A stretch of 64,000 nt of DNA, from assembly GCA_977030845.1 (NCBI GenBank), contig OZ365110.1:35774001-35838000 (forward strand). Direction: 5' to 3'. The translations under genes and the position numbers were made by a program. The stretch is from Fimbriosthenelais zetlandica (Eukaryota). Positions 11,544 to 26,000 of this stretch are shown here, one piece after another; the stretch's first letter is position 1, and each line of letters starts with the position of its first letter. Under the pieces are notes generated by a model. The model did not search any database, was not told the origin of the DNA, and saw only the letters and a list, made by a program, of their open reading frames with translations.

Positions 11544-14182
11544 CTGTCAAGCAAATTCAAATAATCTTGAAATAATTGCCTCGGGGTTTGGAGTGAGGAA
11601 GGACAAAACAAGCAGGCGTGGTCTCAATTTGAGGATCTTCTCTTGAAATTGGTGAATAAATGAGTCACAAACAGGAGAAACACTTGGTGGAATTCTGACA
11701 TTATAGATTTGACATTATCACTTGTAAACATGTAATATTTCTTCCATTGTAATTCCCTAATTTAATGCCAGATACAATATTCAAGGAGGGGATATTATAC
11801 GGTTATATAATACTCCTTACAATAGTCTTCATAATATACAAGCCTCTTCTAAGGCAAAGCTGGCTTTAATTGATTCAATGTTGTTTAATCCGTCACGAAA
11901 AAGCCCAGGGGAAATTTGTTTGATTGCACTACATTTCATATGGAATATAGATTTGATATTTTAACAATGTACAAAAAATCTTATCCCTTAGGACGGAGCT
12001 CAATATATTAATTAATTAATCGAAGGGCAACCATTTCTAGAGCATCAATTAGAATCAAAACAGCCCAGTCAAGAGTTGATATTTTGATAGGTCCTGATAT
12101 ATTCTCTGCATGATGCTAAAGTGACTCATCGTTCTAATGAAGAATTAGAGGCCGAAGCCAAGACCTGTCACCTCTAAATCAGTTACGTTTCCCTCGATGA
12201 TATTTCGCCATGGATTGGCCAATATACCCTCTGGGGGTAGGAAGAGTCGCCCAGATCCCTAAGGGGATGGTAGTGGAGAAGCCAGAGACCAAATAGATTC
12301 ATATGGCAAAGCTCAGCCCTCTAATCCCACTTAGACAGATGAAATAGGAACTGGTTTCTGGGTCCCAACGGGGACTAGCTGAAATTCACTTGAGAATATT
12401 CTGGGCTAACCTCGTGTGTTAGATGTCTTGTATATTTTTCATGATTTCATCTGAATAATATTGGACACGATTGAGAGTAAGTGCCTTGACGCAGACTTAA
12501 TCTTATAGCACATCATCATGTTTCAGATCATATAAAGTATATATAATATTATAAACCTACCAGATGCAATAAGGCTAGTAAATTACGGAACCCATATAAA
12601 CAGACAGTAGATAATGAAACTCGTGAAAACTTTACAACATAATATATTGTCAGTAGATTATGTAAATTATGTACAGTATATTTCAAAACTCATGTAAATA
12701 CTCAATAGATTATGGAACGGACAGTCACATACAAAACTCATGTAAACTGAAAGTAGAGGACTCTTGCCTTAATTGGGGATGTACATCAAGTCACCCATAT
12801 GGCAACCCTTGACACTAAATACAAGACTGAGGATATTTAGTTCTACAATCAGCGTAATTGTACATCCAAAATAGAAGCAAACACATATTACCCGACATGC
12901 AGGCCCTGTTACCTTTTTGAAAGAAAAGGAATTTTTGGAAGTTGGTGGGTGGAGATACTATCGAATGACACTGATGTTATTGTCATCCAAACTGGAGACT
13001 TGAAACTTGATACTATCAGAGCCCTTTGTCTGACAGTCCTGAACTGAGTCTCAGACGTTCAGTGGATCAGCCCACATCATTCTGCGAAATATGCATAAGG
13101 AGCCTCTCAAGGGCTAGACCTATATTATACAGCTGCATATGTTAAAATATGTTCACCAAATCAACTGTGTTCATGCTTCATGTCCCTCCAGAAACGGAAA
13201 ATCATGTTATTAGCTCATTTTCATTCACACCTGTCTATTTATTCAACAGCATTAGGATAATAGGCTGAGCAGCAAATCACGGTTTGCCTTGGGAAATTGA
13301 TTTTTCAGACTCAGGGTTTTGGGGTCAGGGAAGAGTGAAAGTGATTAGAGTTCCTCTTGAAGGTTTGACGTATAGGGAGTGTATGAGAAGCCTTTACGTC
13401 ATGCAATTATCTTTATAGATTGCCGGCCGTGTGATGGGATGCAGGGGCAAACAAACCTGGCTCTGGATGCCAGTATCTGGTCTTTTGCTTTAATGCGGGG
13501 AATGGCTGGTAAATCGTACCTACCAACACTCGTCTCCTACCAAGGTCGCTGGTCACTGCTCCCCAACGACATAAACAACCTATTACTGACCATTATCCCA
13601 TCATAAACACGCATGACACGCAAATCCCGGCCGGCCCTGGAGCCTGGAGAAGAGGATAGACCCTGGAGGTAAAAATCCCCACAGGTCACAATGTTGGTGC
13701 TCCATTATTGGTGCCATTTTCTGCCAGCTTTTCATCTTCTATCATGATAGGCCTAACGTGTTAATTAACTCTTTATCAAATAGCAAACTTGTCATGAACA
13801 TTGTATCAAATGAACTTTCCCATGGAATAAATGGTAGGTCTATTTATCAGTTTGTCTAAATAGACCAGGTATGGGTCACTGAATACACATCCAATATTGT
13901 ATGCAGAAGCACATTTCGTCCTCCAATATAGAGAGTCAGTAAATTGCTGGTCGTGGAAGGTCTCTATATATTCATCATGGGTAGCTATCCTGGTTCTAAG
14001 CCAAGTATCTGTGTTTGTCGCAGCACGTCACACACCCACAGTAAACACCCACCAGTAATGAGCTTCTTTAAGACATGTAGCCTATACCATCTACCTCATA
14101 CATCTATAGTATCTTCTTGGTTGTGGACCAATAGATCAAATGATTCTAACATGTTTTTGAGCTGTTGTTAAAACATTTTAAG

Positions 14183-14350
14183 CAGGCGTGGATTTAGGGG
14201 GGTACAGAGGGCGCGGCCCCCCTATGTTTTGAGGGTTAACCTAACCCTAACCCATGCCTAGGTTTTAAGCCTAGGGTTAAACCTAATCCTAGGGAAAACG
14301 CTAACCCTAACCCGGCGCTCCCCCTTGGAAAAATCCTTGACCCGCCCATG
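14183..14350. mobile_element. Probable non-autonomous DNA transposon (Harbinger-like MITE) containing AACCCT/TAACCC hexamers
   Basis: Both ends resemble a CAGGGGCGGATCCAGG-type terminus (left caggcgtggatttagg; right, reverse-complemented, catgggcgggtcaagg). Interior has aacctaaccctaaccc, ctagggttaaaccta and ctaaccctaaccc. TSD not clean. Confidence 0.45.
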
Positions 14351-15999
14351 TTAAGTGCGTATCATAACTCCTGACATGCACATGTACCTTATATATCAAC
14401 CAATGGGGTTAATAGGGCCTAAAGTAAGGTAGAGCTAGGGTATAGGAAAACAGAGACTCATTTCTGGAGCAATAATTTTAAGCGGTATAATAAATCCAGT
14501 AGCCTATCTTATTTATAAGAGACGAGAGGGGTATAATATGGGACACATCATTGTGAACATGGGGCATCTAATAAAAGGGCCAAATGTCTTGAGAAATTCC
14601 CTTGGTCGAATCCCGACGGTGAAAGAAAAGAATAGTGCCGCCTTTCCCTGTGAAGCTTACACCTCACGTGTTTTGGAAAACATACGGAATCAATCAATTT
14701 GACGGAGTGCACCGGTAAGGTAATCATTCACCCCTGGGTTTCATGAATAGATAATAGAGAAGTCAGGGAGGTGGGCGGGGTGGGCAGGAGCCTAGACATA
14801 CCGGGTATGCATACCAGCCCCCAAATCAGCCTCTATAGAAGGTCCCCTCCCTCCCGCAATACAAAAGGCTCGTCCGGCCGCGCATCTGTCCATAGGGAGG
14901 TGGCCTATGTACTGGTGGGAGGGCCAGATGGGCAGCTCCCTGTATATATGGTCAGTATAAGTAGTACAGAGAAAAGGGGGAAAGGATCAGGAGAAAGGTA
15001 CTGACAATTGTGGCCATACAATCAGACAGCGATAGTCCCCAGACAGTGATAATAACCTTATTAACCTGAAGGGAGACTAATATTCTGCCGCAATTGGTCT
15101 TTCGGGAGCTCAGAAATAGCGCGAAATTGAAGAATAAAAAAGGCTGTTTTGCTTAAATTTAATTAAGTGGAAAGGGAAGGTTTCAACGATCTAACTTCTA
15201 TACACAGAAGTGGAATTGACTGTTTCTTTACTGGAAAGTTTCTCTCTCTCACCTTCGCAATGTTTCTCACTTTCACTAAAATTAAAATTTAATCAACCTG
15301 TTGCAAGGTGTTTAAATTAGATTCATGGAGTTACGCCACAATTCCTTTTGAACACATAGAGCTAGGACTTGACTAAGCTAATTTGTCATGGATTAATGGA
15401 TTCAGGAAAGCATGTTTGGCGTGGTTTGTAAGTCGGTGCGCCGGTGCTATGTGGGTCGGCTGGTGCATTAGTCATCCATTGAGCTAATACAAGCCCTATA
15501 TTGGGCGAGGAAAGCCTTTTCCTGGCGAGTGAACACGTTGACTAACACAAAGAAGGGTTCTCGTCTGGTATGCTCTTCACTCAAAGTATTTTCCATCATT
15601 CACTCCAGGTTTGTCATCGGAATTTGTCTTTAGACGAATATATTGACATAATTCTGCATCATCAGACATTTTATAAATCATTGTAGGCCTACATGTATTT
15701 GATTAAACTACATGGACATAGTATACATCACGACGTACCTTGTTCGATCCACAATTTTATAATTAGGCCTATATTTAATTTTACGGTTTTATGGTATATG
15801 CCATGTCAGATATATAATAACGTTCCTATGTTTACACAGTATGATTTGTAGACCTACTGTTCGACTATTATTCACTCAAATCTGGAAAATTCTGCATCGA
15901 ATCTCGGCCTTTGTGTCTGATGGATAACAATCTTCTGCATTTGCCTGGCCATTCAAATGTGTATAATGTCCATTAATGCTAGGTAGGCATAACCAAGCC

Positions 16000-16700
16000 T
16001 TATAATCGAAATGTAATGAATTCAAAGAGTACCGTTTCCTTTCATTACATTAATTTTTATTCTTTCCCATTATTATAGTCTGGGTGAATACTTCGATTGG
16101 GAGGGGAAGACCTGGAGAGAACATTACAAGCTTCCACTATCACAATCTAATGAGGTTGATGAATCTGGATCTAACAAGAATGACACCGTAAAATAAGAAC
16201 ACAATAGACTGCCGTGTAAATAGACGCCAGTCTCGAGTGCCTCTTAACGCTTGAAAACTCCTAAGTGAGTATATAAGAATCGTCCTAGGCAGCTGTTGGT
16301 AATTGATAAGCTTCGCTCTACTCTCCTGTCATAAGGCATCACGCAATTCCAGGGAAGAGACAACTGGAATAAAAGAAACCTTTCAGACCAATAGAGGATC
16401 GATACTGCCTTCCAAAAAGTCCACTGGGTGATGAATGATATTGATATAATCGGTGCTTTGGTGAGAGACAAAAATTAATCGTTTGCTAAAGGGAAAAATT
16501 TTCAGTTCTTGCACACGAAGTGTATATATACGTCTTTGGCCTAACAAGACATCAGTTCCACTTGGTATGCATGGATATGTTTCATTCAGGCGGTAAGAGA
16601 GAATAAGCACTCGCTTGAGTGCTTCATAAACACCTTGATGTCCCCAGGGTGGGATATATATCAACGTGGATTTGCATATGACATTTATCAATGAGCTATA
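16000..16700 (-). mobile_element. Decayed Gypsy integrase remnant
   Basis: GHQGVYEALKRV (zinc-finger GH.G..KT..R), HHPVDFLEG (W..V.VDF), and a HQPH*IVIVEACN segment resembling YHPQ.NG.VER.N. Confidence 0.45.
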
Positions 16701-17699
16701 GCAAGATTCCGAATGTGATTACATGACCACATAACTTCCATTGGGTTGCATAGTCTACAGTCTAATTCACAGGTATTTTAGACAAAAGCTTTAGTAGGCC
16801 CCTACTCCATTTCGGTAAATAGACTGAACTGATAATTTCTTTGCTATATGCCTACGCATTACCAGGAATTTGAATAAATAATTTATTGGAGTTGATCACA
16901 ATTTAAACATACAAGCCTAGTAATCTCTATGGAAATACAGTCGTTGCACTTGCATCTAGGACGCAAGTAGCCTACTACTGTCGTAAACAAATAATGCGCG
17001 CCATATTGGAATTCTCGCATCTCTTTCGCCAGCAACGGGCCTGCATCAAATCGCATTTTTAGGAAAATCGTAGTAGGCTTACTATGAGGTACAGAGGGTG
17101 GACCCTAAAAGACCTGCAAATTTATATTCATTTTAAGGGCCTTTAATTAAGGACTCCTGGCAGCCTTTTTTGAATATTCTTGAATGCTGGCCTCGTGATG
17201 GCCTTAGAAACAACTGTAATATCGCTCAACTGGGAGGAAATGAGATTGACGTCATGCCACCGGACAGAGGTCGGTGATAAAGAGAAAGAGTCGGAAGCGG
17301 AGACTGGAAGGGGAACACATCTCAAGGTAAAGGTAAGTCTATAATATATTATATCTCGGTACTTGGTAGTTGGTACTAGCCTATCTCTAAACTAGCCATT
17401 GCAAAGCCCCATCTAGCAGGGCCAAAGAGGATTCAGCTATGTTCGCTTGAAAAGTATGGAGCCTACGTCTCATGCCCTTAGCACCAGAGCGTTGATACCC
17501 CTTCGTGATTTATGTCATATGCTACTATAAATATCAAATATCCCCTGCCAACAGCCACTCCTTCCTTCCTCCCGCCCCTTAAAACCTCACCAATCGGAGA
17601 GGCAGCGGAAGGGCCGGGAGTTTTTTTTGTATTTTTAGCATTTTCCACCAGGTGTCAGGGAAAGGCGAAAGAAGCACGATCCGGACAGGCAGACGTCGT

Positions 17700-20600
17700 A
17701 TTTTGGTTAATCCTTCCATAAACCGGAAGTTGATGTCGCTCTTCACTGGGGAGGGGAGAAGAAACACATGGCGTGGCTATTCTCAAGTTACTCCCGGCTT
17801 TATGAAAGGATGATGTACCATGATACGATTTAGTGGAATGATTGAATCATTTGGCCGCCTTGCCAACAGGGTAATGTGATAGAGGGGCCTTTATTTAGTG
17901 ATCTGCAATCACGTTTTAGCCTTCAAAGTATGATCTATGTGGAGTAGTGGTTGCTATTACTGAGGGATAATCAAAGAGAGTGAGGGGCCTGTGAGGGGAG
18001 CTTGTCCTGGAGAAGCGAGGGTTGGTCAAAAGATTAGAGGCACAAATCACCAGACTCATTGAGGCTCTCACATCCTCATTGTCTCATAGGAGAAATTGAT
18101 GTACATTAATTAATGTGGCCGATGGCATATCTGATACCATGGGAACAAAGACAATGAAGTTAAGCAGGGAACAGAGGGGGAAGATAAACAATGCTGTGAC
18201 GATATGTCGAGAGGAATTTACATGTAGGCCTATAAGGCATTTTAATAGCTTCTTAAAAGCTGCCCATCTATAGATTCCCTGGCTCAACTTTTTTTTTTTT
18301 TTACAATTTAAGAAGAAAGTTTTTTTAGCTAAAGTTTGTCACATTGTCTTAATCTGCTTACACGTACATGCATCCATCATAAAATGAAAATATTCTGGAC
18401 TCAATATCAAGAAAGCCACTAAATGTCAAGGAACATCCTCAGCTTTCATCTCAATTGTAAAAAGCCTCAATTGAAACCATGTCCACCTCAAAAAGGGCCT
18501 CTTGCTCTTCTTGGAAAAGGTTCATGGGAAGACATTTCCACATTTTTACACCAGACATCACTTTAGTAAGGTAACAATCATGAGAAATATGAAACTTTGC
18601 CTCATAACGTTCGCAAGGACCGACTTTGTCCAGGGAAAACAAGGGAAGGCATAATTGATGGCTACACTTGATGAAATATAGATCAACATTATTTATAAGA
18701 ATGGTTTATTATTATATATCTGCCCGCACATACAGGGTTCGCTAAGGTCTTTCCAGGGTCACTGTATGAGGACATGCTACAAGATTAGTACAGTGCCACC
18801 TGACGAGCCATTGACTCCGGAAATTGCATCTAGACAGGTGAAATGGCGCGCCCTGGTGGGGGAGTGCGAGATGAGGCAGTATGATCACTGCTAATGACAG
18901 CTACAGGATGCTAGTGCTGTTATCAGCAGAGTGACCTTTCATATGACCACATGCCAGCCTGTTCTTTTTATGATCCCCACAATCACGGCTATCCCCAGGC
19001 AAAGCTATTCTAAAGAGCAAACTTTCCTCTTTTTATCTTAGCATTGTTCTACCTTTCCCCGCAAAGTCTCACTTAATTGAGGCAAGATTTTACGATCAAC
19101 ATTAATTAAAGGACCCCTGATCATTAGGGAAATTTTTGATCTTCCTACGATTACGGTAGATGTTTTCCCATCACCCATGCACATTGGATGTCTGTCACAG
19201 GCTGTTAGCTTGGTAGCGTAAAAATGCTCCGAGATAAATCTCACCAAGTGCTTGATGTTCGATGGATGAACCATTGACCGTTACATTTTATGGGCATTAG
19301 AACATTCCCATCTGATTGCCTGCAGCAAAAATTGCATTTATTTGCTTCGTGTGTACCGGCGCAATTCCCTCTTGGGAACCTGTTGATAATGGTCCAATCT
19401 AATTTGGAGACTGAAAAAGGTTGATTCCACCTCCATCAATTTCACATAAATTTGAATTAATTTGACAGTGGTAATCACACTCATTAATGTGGCGCCTGTA
19501 ACGGTACGTGTGATTGTAATATGGCAAAGAAGACAAGATGAAGTCCTTGCTGGAAACAACAAGGTGTTGATAATAGACTTGCTTTGAAGGAGTGAGAGAT
19601 AGAAAAAAGAACCCATTTCAAATATGGGAAGGACGACCTAGAAGTGTGAACTGGAGTTGAAATATTGTATGTGAGATTCTATTCATCGAAGAGTGGTAGT
19701 TCCTGCCTGCTTTTGGAATATGCTGCCCCTTCCATTGCCCAGTTCTAGCTGTCTTGTGTCCCGCTGCCTAATGGAGCGACAAGCCCGAGCTCTCCTCACA
19801 TGCCAGGCTTGTGGAGGCTGTGAGATTGAATGCCTAATACTCGCTGCCACTCCAGTCAAGTGTCATCTGCCAAGCGAAGCTAGGAGAATAAACGCCCCAG
19901 CCCCTATCACATCACCACCATGCGTCAGAGGAAAGTCACCAACCAAGCCATGTCCAACGAGCTTTATGCGCAACGCGGCTGCAAGAATTCTTATATCATA
20001 GCCATCCACCACATAGGCTACGGCACCCATGGGGCAGGCACACCACTTCTGGTCAAAGAAGCCCAAACCTCCACCACATTTGAGGAGAGGGGATAATCCA
20101 TTCGGAAATAATGCACTTCAGGAAAAAAAGCACCTCAACCATCTTTATTTCCCTACCACAACTGCAGTAGCTTTAAGATAAATCAACCGAGTCAATATTT
20201 TTCAAGGGTCTCCCAGTATCCTACCTGCATCATTTCCGGTGTGGCTGAACATCATTTCCGGTGTGGAGATGCGATACACTATTAAGAATGCATTTGTCCA
20301 CAATTGTCAGTTTAGTCTGCAGGATGTCAGGAATGGGCTGCAGCCTGCATTCATTTGTTCATGGGTGTCCTCCTAACTGGCGCCAAGTACTTTTCATTAT
20401 TGTACGGCCGTGTACGCCTTCCAGCAAGCTTGCATTAATCACAACAAGCAGACCATTGAAGCCTCTGCCTAGGCACACATCATTCCCTCAGGTCTCCTTC
20501 CTCATACTTCCACTCGATAGACCGGCATCAACAGCTTGACTCCAATTGCATAGCCTGCAAGATTTGGATCGAGATGACCCACTACTGCTAAAGACTCGAT

Positions 20601-20700
20601 GGTAAGCTGCAAATTGCAGGACCAATCATTGCGATTGGTTATAATTATACCCGATATCCATAACTAAACACCAAAAAAATTAAAACATGAGCGATAAGAA
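17700..20700 (-). mobile_element. Decayed DIRS element (RT, RNase H, YR)
   Basis: Frameshifted KVLAPV and FL(D)DIL near 20330-20400. SSDA...GWG...WSGSE RNase H-like segment at 19800-19950. YR-like HLVRFISEH, SLMIRG (19038-19274) and SQGIYRWAAFKKLL...HVNSSRH (18084-18287). Confidence 0.45.
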
Positions 20701-21249
20701 TCCCTCAGCAGTGCAACAGATATGCATACACATTATTTGTGTTGTTAGTAAAGGTAGGCAAGCTCTACGGCTGGGACAGTAGTCATTTTCTTGCAAGTAT
20801 CAAAAGGCATTTGCGCAAATGAGGGGCCATAAACCTAGAAACACATTATGAGTGGTCAGTTGCCGTCCTTTTTATATGAGCTTGACTGGCATACGAGCAA
20901 TGCCGGAATGGTAAATACAGCCATAAACATGCTGAAAGTGTAACAGAAACGTTCTTGATTTAGGTGAGGGACAGTCAACTAGTGGCAGTGCTAGATATTT
21001 GCGGACATGTCTGGACTGCTAAATGAAGGTGGTCTCCATGTTCAGAATGGTTCTTCTATCACTGGATGTTTCTGATAAAGATAATTTGGCCAATAAGCAT
21101 TCCACATCCTGCACGGCTCAGGGTGGGCTGGCTTTAAGAACAAGTGGAAAAGTGCCTAAAGCTCTTAAACCTCAGCCTCGGAACGCCTATAAGTGAGTAT
21201 AAGACACCATGATTTGCACCCAATCAGTAATGTGCCCTCAAGAACCTGG

Positions 21250-24000
21250 GTCAAGCTAACCATCAGGCACCAACAGAAGGAGAATATCCAGTGAGACTCG
21301 GTAGGTTGCACCTTTATTCCAGTCACACGAAGGTTAGTCAATAGGAACGCCTAGACGACCTCCTCAGCACTGATGCAACCCAGGAGGGACCTAAAGTTAT
21401 AGGCACCCCCCGTGTGGAGACTGCTAACAGACCGTGCCATACATGTCCTACCTTCTCTTCTCCCCCATTCAAAACCATTCCAAACAAAGGAAGTGTACAG
21501 ACTCTTATTGCTTGTCCTGGGCGATGTCCACGAGTGTGCACGGTACTTGGGCGCTCTTAAATCAGTGAATGAAGTCTGCAGAACATAGCTTGCCCACCCC
21601 AGTTCCCTTTCAAACAATGCCCTTCTTATCCTCTGTGAAAAGGGTTAAGAAATGGTTAAAAGCAATTTAGAGCATTGAATTACAAATCATGGGAGGCCAT
21701 GATCAAGGGAGACAGTGGGAGGCTATTAGCATGCATAGCAATGTCAAATGATTGACATCACCTCAGAGCAAATTCCTGTGTGTAACTGTGCAGAGGCAAC
21801 CAGAAAGATAGGATGTAAAAAGATTCTACGTATATCTAAAAGGCCCAGAGACTTTCCACAATATATAATTACACCTTTCAATCTTTTCAATTGGACCAAT
21901 CAAGATTATTGTAGTCGGACCATCAAAGGGATGGTAAGAAATTTTCATCTCCACCCTGCGGCATCCAACACCCTTCTTCTGGCCTTCAACTGCTATCAAG
22001 CTCATTACCTTCACACGCAGGCCTTGTTTAGCTGTGGGAATGGAGGTTAAGCTGAACGACTTAACCTCTATTGATTAAAAGTTTTACATTCTGCAGGCTT
22101 CAATCCAAGACCACTGGTATTGAAGAACTTCCAGTGGTGCCAATTCCTTTTATTCTCATCTTTGGTTCAAAGGTCTAGTGAATCCAGACACAAATTCAGG
22201 TAAGTTTGCTTCTAAATTCAGATCAGCTGCAGCAAATATATCCCCAATGACCATAGCATTGACCCTCTTGTTCTGGTTGCAGGGCTCCCCTGGCCTTTCA
22301 CGTACTTGTCCGAAGGCTGAAGCCATTACTGCTGATTATTGAACAGGGCTCTCTGGCTGGATATACGGAGCCAGAGGAATGGAGGAGGTCAGGGGTTGGG
22401 AATTCATTGAATCCATCCCGAAGGACATGCAATATTTAATCCTAAATCTCCCCCAGAGGATGTATTCTCTACTAGCGGTGATTACATAATCTCATTTGTG
22501 AATCACAGGTCTGGAGGGCGGTCCTGCAAGGACATTTAATCTAATGGCTTCCTGCATAGTGGCCTCTAAACATGCCGCCTCAGGCTGAACACCAGTTTAT
22601 CAAAGTACACGTCCCCTCATTAGTCAAAGACGCTCCAGATCTCACTACCAACAGCTCCCCAGTAGTGAGCACCACTCTAATAGAGAGCTTTAATATACAC
22701 AAGGTCATTGAATGGCTTCACAAGCATGTCAGCAATATGGGCTCATTATTTCTAATTGAACGTGGTGTTAATCCCAATCGTGCTGTGCTTGTTTGATTCA
22801 CTGTAAAACTGTATGGTATTGGAAGGATGCTATTGATTCTCAGGACCTTCGTCTTCCGCCGATCAAACTTTTTAATTCAAAACCAGAGAAGAATCACATC
22901 CTCATCCCTTTCGACTTCCGAAATATCTGACTGGGTTGTCCTGACTTTAATGCATTGCCAAAAGAACCATTGACCATTGCTTTAGTAAGTCCCGAGGCCA
23001 ACTGCGTCTGACAACCGTATTGACTGGCCCTCCAGCTCCTGATGAGGAAATTCTTCCCAGCAGATCCAGGGGCAATGGAGGAACATCTACTGGACGTTCT
23101 CTGTATTAGATACCAACAATGAAAAATGTGTCCCACATGACACCAACGCTCGCCAGCTAACCAATGAAGTGCTCGGATGAACATGAATAGCAATACTTCT
23201 TGCCCTAAGTACATGGTCCAGATATTTCAGGGGAAATACCACATATTTCATTCTCACTTTCCCTGAAGGCAAAGCCATCTCCCTAGGAATTTATCTTGCT
23301 CTGTCATTGTAGAGCTCTTCTCCGATGTTGCCATGGCATGACAACATTGCCCTCTTACATTTTGGTGCCACCGGAGTATAAGGTTTGATAGATGGTGATA
23401 TTCTACTTTCCTGTTTCGTTCCCCGACAGAGGTTAGAGGCAAAATTATGGGCTGAGCCCAGGGTAAAACTGACTCCTTTTTCAGTGGGAAGCCGATATGA
23501 ATCCCTGGGTCTCAACTCTCATGGGTGTTGCATCTTTGATCATGATACACATCCAGTAGAGACCATACATGCTATAGTGTACTCAAATGGCCTATAGCCA
23601 TTAGACAAGGTATAGTCGTTTGGGATGCTCTTGTAAGGGTAAATTTTATCTCCCAAATGACACATTGATGGTGGTGTGCATATTCCAGTGGAAGGTACTA
23701 TATCCATACAAATATTCTTCCATTGATTAAAGCTCTGACAGATGCCTCTGGAGGGAGTTATTGATGTGTTTTCTCCGAGGTGGCAAAGACGCTTATCCCC
23801 TTCCAGAGAAGTTCTAGATAAGGGGATTAGGCCCAGCACTGGGGTCTGCAGTCTCCTCCTATTACCTCATCCAATACGACTATGGTTCTGCTCTTGCTGC
23901 CACACTTTTGGTATTTTCAATTGATTACCATCCACAGCGCTGTGCAAAGTTATAAGTTTACCGCCAGGTTTGGGAGTATCTTGTCATTTATAGTATTGTG
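21250..24000 (-). mobile_element. Decayed, near-complete DIRS element (RT, RNase H, YR)
   Basis: YWMCIMIKDA (W...D.KDA) and FTLGSAHNF (PFGL.SAP..F) at ~23450-23560. TLINWC RNase H-like segment ~22580. YR C-terminus SVSSLHTGGA and LGVPID...DW at 21300-21430. Confidence 0.55.
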
Positions 24001-24649
24001 GAGTCACAATCATGGTCAAAATTATTGGCATTATCTTAAAAAACAATGGCCAACGAAACAAAGGCCTGTCTAAATCATCAGTATTTAATTTAATTGAAGA
24101 CTTATATTGTGTCGCGCAACAGTGAAGTCTTAAAATTCTCTCTAGATATCCTTGTTACATCTATCCATCATCCCTTAGCAGGAGAACACATATAGAAGGA
24201 CCCCTCACCAATCCAGCCCACCACCCCCGGGAGGTCTCACTCCAACACTCAACACGATGAAAACCTCTCACAATGACAGCCTGCCTGAAATGCCTTCAGT
24301 ATGAGCAAGAAAATGTCTTATCTTTTTCTGTTGCTTCACTTAGCAGGGAGCTTGGAGGACTTGTCAGAGTCATCATAACTCCCTCCTCCAGCACTGTGTG
24401 GCCACTGAATGCTGGATGATGAGCATTTGCTGGAGGGATTCGCAGCGGCTTTTGCACGGAGTTCGCTTTGGCTTCCACATGTCAGAGATAGGAATTCGCT
24501 GCAGCTGGCCAGTCACCATTCATTTGTCATTTGCCGACTTGTTTCGTCCAAACTGACAATGTTATCAAAATGTGCTTTGGGGAGCCCCTGGAGGCGGGGA
24601 CTGAAACGGAAACTGACAACGTGAAATGCCCTTCTCTACAGAGTCTAGA

Positions 24650-26000
24650 CATCGTTGATTAATACTACTGTTCTCATAGAAAAAATCCCAAATAGAAAGA
24701 AACAGAAATGAAATTATCACAGGTTACCGTGTGCCAGGCAAGTCTGGTATTATAGATAGGGAAAAAAGTTCCCCTTCTTTGACACATGAATATGGATCTA
24801 TACTTGAGGTAATATAATCCCATTGGCGTGCAACCGAGTGAGAGTGAAACAGGCTGGGACTGCTTCTCTGGCTCTTGGACCTATAGCAGCACTTGAGAGG
24901 GCACCTTAAAGGCCCCAGCCATCTCAAGCTGGGTACATACTAGGACATTAAGACTTTTTTCAGACTATTTATCGGGAGGATCTGTAGGGATCGTCCGTCA
25001 GGAGAAAGTGATAATTATCACCCTCCATCTCAACTTTCAAAGCCGCGGCTTGTTTCTTGGAGATTCCTGCCCTCGGCTTTTCCCCCTTGCCACCAGCAGT
25101 ACGTGGGGACAGGTCTGATGGATGATGACGGAAAAGATCGATGGGCCATTACGATGCTGGTTAGCTGATAAAGATAAGGATAGATAAGATCTTACTGTGT
25201 CAGGACCGAGCCTGAATGGCAGCTGGATAGGGGAGCCCCTCGCTACATTATCCTCCTATTATTTCACATACAACCGTTACGTGTTGCGGGCACAATATCC
25301 ATTCACATTAGACAAGCCAATCTATCTTGATTTGCAAAGCATGAATTCTTTTGAATATTTGCTACCAAGAGCATTATCCAATTGGGTTACCATTTCAAAT
25401 ATATATAGGACTCTCAAGGTAAAAAGGTTTAAGAAGCTGTGTCTGCCGTTGCTGTTGGCCAATATTGCCTGATAGGGCCGAATACCAATAAAAGGCATAG
25501 CACAATACATGTCCTTTACCTGCCCCAGACACACAGGGACGTGCTACTTACTGGGCAGCTATTTTTGGCCATCATTCAGTATTATTTCCAACGGGCACAA
25601 ACTGAGCTCCTGTGAGGAAATGGTCAGCTCTTAGTTCATGGCATCCAATGTTGCTTGACCAAACAAGATGCTGCCTAGACACACTTCCTTGGTGGTAAAG
25701 CACACAGACAGAAATGTGGGATTCTGGTGGTAGACTTAAAAGGAGACCAACTTATCCCATGGCTCTGTAATCTAGACAGATTACTCAGGCTGTGAGCAAA
25801 AAGAGGGAGATAATTAAAGCTGAAAGTAGCAAAGGAATGAGGCAGATCTGGTACAAAGTCATATTTATTGCTTTGGTGGCACCTTAGAGTGAAGAGACGA
25901 TACAATGGTTTCTTTCTCTACATAGTTGGCATTGTGCCATCGGAGGTATAATAAAGTGTAAAAGCTGACATTGATACATGAAACGAAAGCAGACAAGGAA
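24650..26000 (-). mobile_element. Decayed DIRS RT/RNase H remnant
   Basis: TTRIPHF (N..PHFKME), VWGR...YCAMPF (W.G..Y..LPFG), YCWWQGGKAEGRNL (L.WW....GR.L). Confidence 0.45.

Noticed and set aside
12050-12300. BEL/Pao protease-region remnant (VDILIGPD, + strand)
   Set aside because: A single short motif, too weak to list as a feature.
17230-17340. Plus-strand exon-like stretch ending AAG|gtaagt
   Set aside because: No convincing acceptor, partner exons or homology; single donor-like sites occur often by chance.
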